A stretch of DNA of 64,000 nucleotides, taken from positions 1,922,124 to 1,986,123 of the forward strand of contig CAWJZO010000001.1 in NCBI GenBank assembly GCA_963847375.1. The letters are read 5' to 3'. The translations under genes were made by a program, and so were the position numbers. The notes beneath the pieces were generated by a model. The model was not told the DNA's origin. It searched no databases and was given only the letters and a program-made list of their open reading frames with translations. Source of the stretch: an uncultured Chloroflexia bacterium. Lineage in GTDB: Bacteria > Chloroflexota > Limnocylindria > QHBO01. Below, in pieces: positions 60,127 to 64,000 of the stretch (position 1 is the stretch's first letter; each line of letters opens with the position of its first letter).

Positions 60127-60291
60127 CGTAACAGGAATGAGACCGATGCGAACGCCTGTTCGGTTTGCCGCGGTCTCGCTGACGACCATCCTCGTCCGAG
60201 TCTCTCCCTCATTCATGCCACCCACTGACCGGTATTAACGCCGGCTCTATTCCGCTTCCACAGTCACCTTCCCACGACGCAGAATGGACCG

Positions 60292-61137
60292 ATGGAGCAC
60301 CCGCAATCGATGACGGCTCGGCCGCGGCCGGCCGGCGTCCCATGGGAAGCCTGGGTCCTGGGTGCGGCGACCGTCGTGGCGCTGATCGCCGGAACGGTCG
60401 TCCGCGGCGACGTCGGAGGGATGTGGGTCTTCTCGACCGACAACCTCGGCCAGTCGATCCGCTCGGCCCTGCCGCTGCTCGTGGCCACCGCGGTCGTGGT
60501 CGGTGCCGGTCGATGGCCGGCCGGACACGCCTGGCTGCTCACCGGCGCGTGGCTGCTGGCGGCCCTCGGGGTCCTCTCGGTCATCGTGGACGTCCAGATC
60601 ACCTGGATCACGACCCGCGATGGCGGGATCGAGGGTGTCGAACCCTGGCTCCTCGCCGGCGGCATCGCAGGCGGCGTCGCGGCCGCGCTCGGGTTCGGTG
60701 CGCTGGCTGTCGGGGTCTGGCGATCGCGTGGCGAGGGATGGCAGGGCATCCGGGCCGCCGCCGCGATCGGTCTGGCGGTCGTCACCGCGCTGGCCGCGGT
60801 CGGTCCGCTGGCGGCGATCGGAGTCCTCGGGGCCTACGGCTCGCTGCCGACGACGGTCATGAGCCTGACGCTCGCAACCGCCGGCACCGTTACCGTGGGC
60901 GCGCTCGCCGTCGCGGCGCTGCGCGGTGGCTCGGCGCGTGGATCGATTCCCGAGCTGATCATCGCGTCCGGGGCGGCGGTCTGGGTCGCGGCCGAGGGCC
61001 TCTCGTGGTTGCTGCTCATCACCGCGCAGATGGAGCTCCTGATGCTCGGCTCTGTCGAGCCGGTGAAGAACGTGGCGCTTCTCCTGATGGGCATGGGATT
61101 CGCGAGCGGCGCCGTGTTCGGGCCGGTTGATGACTGA
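60292..61137 (+). CDS. polytopic membrane protein of unknown function
   Basis: 281 aa with about 7-8 hydrophobic Ala/Gly/Leu/Val-rich helices. The codon pattern is consistent with coding. No motif recognised. Confidence 0.55.
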   Translation: MEHPQSMTARPRPAGVPWEAWVLGAATVVALIAGTVVRGDVGGMWVFSTDNLGQSIRSALPLLVATAVVVGAGRWPAGHAWLLTGAWLLAALGVLSVIVDVQITWITTRDGGIEGVEPWLLAGGIAGGVAAALGFGALAVGVWRSRGEGWQGIRAAAAIGLAVVTALAAVGPLAAIGVLGAYGSLPTTVMSLTLATAGTVTVGALAVAALRGGSARGSIPELIIASGAAVWVAAEGLSWLLLITAQMELLMLGSVEPVKNVALLLMGMGFASGAVFGPVDD

Positions 61138-61184
61138 TCCGGTGAGCGGAGGTCGAGTCGTGGGAGGGCCCTGACCTTCCCGGA

Positions 61185-62552
61185 TCACTTGCCGGTGATT
61201 AGCTCCTGGTACCAGCGACCGCTCGCCTTCGGCGTCCGCTTCTGCGTCTCGTAGTCGACGTGCACGATGCCAAAGCGCTTCGTGTATCCGAAGCCCCACT
61301 CGTAGTTGTCCATGAGCGACCAGGCGAAGTAGGCCTCTACCGGGACGCCGGCCTCAATCGCCTCCGCGGTCGCCACCAGGTGGTCACGCATGTAGGCGAC
61401 GCGGTCCTCGTCGTCGACCGATCCGTCGACCGCAAGCCGATCCGGGAAGGCGGCGCCGTTCTCCGTGATGGCGATCGCCGGCGGCGCGTACTCGCGACGC
61501 ACCCGCTCGAGGAGCTGCCGAAGCCCGTCGGGGTGGATCTCCCAGCCCATCTCCGTGAGCGGCAGCCCACCGCCGACGCTGACGGCGCGCTCCGGCCCGT
61601 TGATCACCTCGCCGTCGCGCGGGGCGCGAATGACGTGGCGCGTGTAGTAGTTCACGCCGAGGATGTCGATCGGCGGCGCGGCTCCATCGAGCTCGGCAAC
61701 GTCGATGCCCTCGAGGATCGGCTCGTAGGCCGCCACGACGTCCCGCGGATAGCCGCGGCCGAACACCGGGTCGAGGAACCAGCGGTTCGCCGTCCCGTCG
61801 TGGAGCCAGGCGGCGGCGCGGTCCGCATCGGTCTCGCTCGCGGGCTCGACATGGTGGAGGTTGAGCGGAATCCCGATGCGCGCCCCCGGCACCGCCGTTC
61901 GGATCGCGTCCGTGGCCGCGCGATGGGCGAGGTGGGTGTGGTGCGCCGCCCGCAAGGCGGCCGGCCAGTCCTGGCGCCCTGGCGCGTGCCGGCCGATGCC
62001 GTAGCCCAGCATCGCGATGCACCACGGCTCGTTGAGCGTCAACCAGTTCTTCACGCGATCGCCGAACCGATCGGCCAGGATGGCGGCGTACTCGGCGAAG
62101 CGCGGGACGACGTTGCGGTCAGGCCAGCCGCCGGCGTCCTCGAGGGGCTGCGGCAGGTCCCAATGGAAGAGGGTCAGCCACGGCTCGATTCCCCGCTCGA
62201 GCAGCCCGTCGACGAGCCGGTCATAGAACTCGAGCCCCTTTGGGTTGGCCGCTCCGCTGCCCGTCGGCTGGATGCGCGGCCAGGCGACGCTGAACCGATA
62301 CGCCCCGATGCCGAGCGCCCGCATGAGATCGAGGTCATCGGTCAGGCGGTGATAGTGGTCGCAGGCGACGTCGCCGTTCGTGCCGTCCTCGATCCGGCCG
62401 GGCGTGTGCGAGTAGGTGTCCCAGATGCTCGGGCCGCGGCCGTCGGCATCGACGGCCCCCTCGATCTGGTAGGCCGACGTCGCCGCGCCCCAGGCGAACC
62501 CTGACGGGAATCGCTCGGCGAGCGGACGCGCGGTGACGGAAGGGGTGGACAT
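61185..62552 (-). CDS. GH1 family beta-glucosidase
   Basis: FAWGAATSAYQIEGA, the acid/base TLNEPW and the nucleophile ITENGAA. Confidence 0.93.
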   Translation of the reverse strand: MSTPSVTARPLAERFPSGFAWGAATSAYQIEGAVDADGRGPSIWDTYSHTPGRIEDGTNGDVACDHYHRLTDDLDLMRALGIGAYRFSVAWPRIQPTGSGAANPKGLEFYDRLVDGLLERGIEPWLTLFHWDLPQPLEDAGGWPDRNVVPRFAEYAAILADRFGDRVKNWLTLNEPWCIAMLGYGIGRHAPGRQDWPAALRAAHHTHLAHRAATDAIRTAVPGARIGIPLNLHHVEPASETDADRAAAWLHDGTANRWFLDPVFGRGYPRDVVAAYEPILEGIDVAELDGAAPPIDILGVNYYTRHVIRAPRDGEVINGPERAVSVGGGLPLTEMGWEIHPDGLRQLLERVRREYAPPAIAITENGAAFPDRLAVDGSVDDEDRVAYMRDHLVATAEAIEAGVPVEAYFAWSLMDNYEWGFGYTKRFGIVHVDYETQKRTPKASGRWYQELITGK

Positions 62553-62585
62553 GGGCCGTTGTCCTCTTGTTGGTTCAGTCGGACG

Positions 62586-62843
62586 CTACGAGGATGCCGA
62601 TCCGGCGATCGCGACCAGGGCTCGCCCCTCGCCAGCTTCGCCATTGCTGATCGCGCCGTCGCAGCAGGCGAACCAGGAGTGGATCGCGTCGAGTGCCGCG
62701 CGGTCCGCTTCCGACGCGTTCGCCAGAAGATCCTCACCCCGTGAGACGGCAACCGCATGGTCGACCCAGACGCCGTCCTCGACGTAGCCGAGCCCGAAGC
62801 TCAGCTCGCCGAACCTCCGCAAGACCAATGTCCGTCGATGCAT
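62586..62843 (-). CDS. small hypothetical protein (85 aa)
   Basis: ATG 62843 preceded by a strong Shine-Dalgarno (GGAGGAAGGGAGAGG). Third-codon positions are mostly G/C, like neighbouring genes. It sits between the LacI-family gene and the GH1 gene. No homology recognised. Confidence 0.45.
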   Translation of the reverse strand: MHRRTLVLRRFGELSFGLGYVEDGVWVDHAVAVSRGEDLLANASEADRAALDAIHSWFACCDGAISNGEAGEGRALVAIAGSASS

Positions 62844-62876
62844 GCCTCTCCCTTCCTCCGTGAGACCCTTGCTGGC

Positions 62877-63923
62877 CTAGACCGATCCGGCGCTCGAGTC
62901 GCGCACGATGAGCTGGGTGTCGAGGATCACGCGCCGCGGCGCGCGTTCGGGGAATCTGATCTCCTGCATGAGCAGCTGCGTCATCTCGCGGCCCATCTCC
63001 TCGATCGGCTGCCGCACGCTCGACAGGCTCGGCTGTGTCGTCGTCGCGAGCTGTGAGTCGTCGAAGCCGACCACAGCCACGTCGTCGGGGATCGACTTGC
63101 CGGCGGCGCGAAGGGCGGCGAGCGCACCGACGGCCATGAGGTCGGAGGCCACGAAGACGGCATCGAGGCTCGGATGGCGATCGAGCAGCCGCTCCATCGC
63201 CGCCCGTCCGCCGTCGTGTGTGAAGTCCGCGATCTCGACCATTCCGCCATCGGCACCGGTACCGGCATCCGCGAGGCGGTCGTGGTACCCGAGGAGCCGA
63301 TCGACGCCGGCCGCCATGTCCTGCGGCCCGGCAATCGTCGCGATCCTCTTCCGGCCCGCGTCGGCGAGATGGTGGACGGCGCTCGCGGCGCCGGCGCGGT
63401 TGTCGACGTCCACGTACGTGAGCCCGTCGGCCGGCGGCCGCCCGCCCACGACGATCGGGATGCCGTAGCGCCGGAGCGCAGCCGGCAGCGGATCGGCGCC
63501 GTGGAGCGAGATGAGCATGACGCCGTCGGTGTGGCCGGCACCGAGGTATCGCTCGACCCGGTCCTCGTCGGTCCGGGCCTGCGGCATCAGCAGGATGAGC
63601 TGCATCGACTCGTCGGCGAGCGCCTCGCTGATGCCGCGCAGGATGCGCGGGAAGAACGGGTCGCCGAAGAGCTGGCCGCTCGGTTCCGGGATGACGACGG
63701 CGACCGAGTCGCTGCGCCGCGTGACGAGGCTGCGGGCCGCGCGATTCGGCACGTAACCCAGCGCTCGCACGGCCTCCTGGACCGCCTCGCGAGCCGGCTG
63801 GCTCACCCGACGGTCGCCGTTGACGACCCGTGACGCCGTCGCGCGGGATACGCGAGCTGCGCGCGCGACCTCCTCGAGGGTCACGGCGCCTTCGGGCTCG
63901 TGTGAGAGCGCTCTCACGGTCAT
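62877..63923 (-). CDS. LacI-family transcriptional regulator (CebR-like)
   Basis: N-terminal HTH VTLEEVARAARVSRATASRVVNG followed by a periplasmic-binding-protein-like sugar-binding core. Palindromic operators overlap its 5' end. Confidence 0.9.
   Translation of the reverse strand: MTVRALSHEPEGAVTLEEVARAARVSRATASRVVNGDRRVSQPAREAVQEAVRALGYVPNRAARSLVTRRSDSVAVVIPEPSGQLFGDPFFPRILRGISEALADESMQLILLMPQARTDEDRVERYLGAGHTDGVMLISLHGADPLPAALRRYGIPIVVGGRPPADGLTYVDVDNRAGAASAVHHLADAGRKRIATIAGPQDMAAGVDRLLGYHDRLADAGTGADGGMVEIADFTHDGGRAAMERLLDRHPSLDAVFVASDLMAVGALAALRAAGKSIPDDVAVVGFDDSQLATTTQPSLSSVRQPIEEMGREMTQLLMQEIRFPERAPRRVILDTQLIVRDSSAGSV
63902..63917. promoter_or_regulatory. perfect 16-bp palindrome GTGAGAGCGCTCTCAC (CebR-box-like operator) inside codons 3-8 of the LacI-family gene
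   Basis: The inner 14-mer TGAGAGCGCTCTCA differs at 2 of 14 positions from the Streptomyces CebR box TGGGAGCGCTCCCA. Confidence 0.6.
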
Positions 63924-63948
63924 GGGGCCATTCTAGGCCGCTTGGTCA

Positions 63949-63962
63949 AGAGAGCGCTCCCA
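63949..63962. promoter_or_regulatory. second CebR-box-like site AGAGAGCGCTCCCA upstream of the LacI-family gene
   Basis: 12 of 14 matches to TGGGAGCGCTCCCA. It lies 26-39 nt upstream of the ATG, over the expected -35 region for the TAGAAT -10 element at 63930..63935 (minus strand). Confidence 0.5.
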
Positions 63963-64000
63963 CAACCGGCGTACCCAGGCGATCCTCGTCGGGGCGCAGT

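Overview
High-GC chromosomal window (hand counts on sample 60-nt lines give 58-72% G+C). About 60 protein genes, mostly on the minus strand, plus 8 tRNA genes, all with encoded CCA. Most of it is conserved housekeeping in long, often start/stop-overlapping operons: rlmN(partial), def-fmt, gmk-priA, ileS-lspA-rluD, ilvE, rpsF-ssb-rpsR, lemA-htpX, rapZ-yvcK-whiA-tpiA-gpmI-secG, tatA-tatC, recJ-pyrF, secD-secF, uvrC, uvrA and a lacI/GH1 beta-glucosidase pair. WhiA, RapZ/YvcK, an LCP protein and a T-box leader fit a Gram-positive-type (Actinomycetota/Chloroflexota-like) lineage, though that is only an inference. I saw no CRISPR array, transposase, integrase or phage genes. The best candidate for an unusual system is a lower-GC block at 27.0-35.2 kb, bracketed by tRNA-Val and two tRNA-Leu genes. 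It encodes an ECF sigma factor, a single-pass protein with a poly-acidic ectodomain, two tandem CzcA/CusA-like RND pumps, and a 142-aa lipoprotein where a full periplasmic adaptor would be expected. No outer-membrane factor gene is present. A paralogous ECF sigma/anti-sigma module at 45.9-48.6 kb carries a TolB-like beta-propeller ectodomain and a Cys-rich lipoprotein. Other points: three single-base frame breaks in essential genes (two in ileS, one in priA), most simply explained as indel errors; an ileS T-box with a candidate AUC specifier; an orphan CpaE/TadZ-like ATPase with a degenerate receiver domain; a membrane-anchored YvcK; and CebR-type palindromes at a probably leaderless LacI-family gene. 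All functional calls come from reading the translations by eye, and no database search was run.
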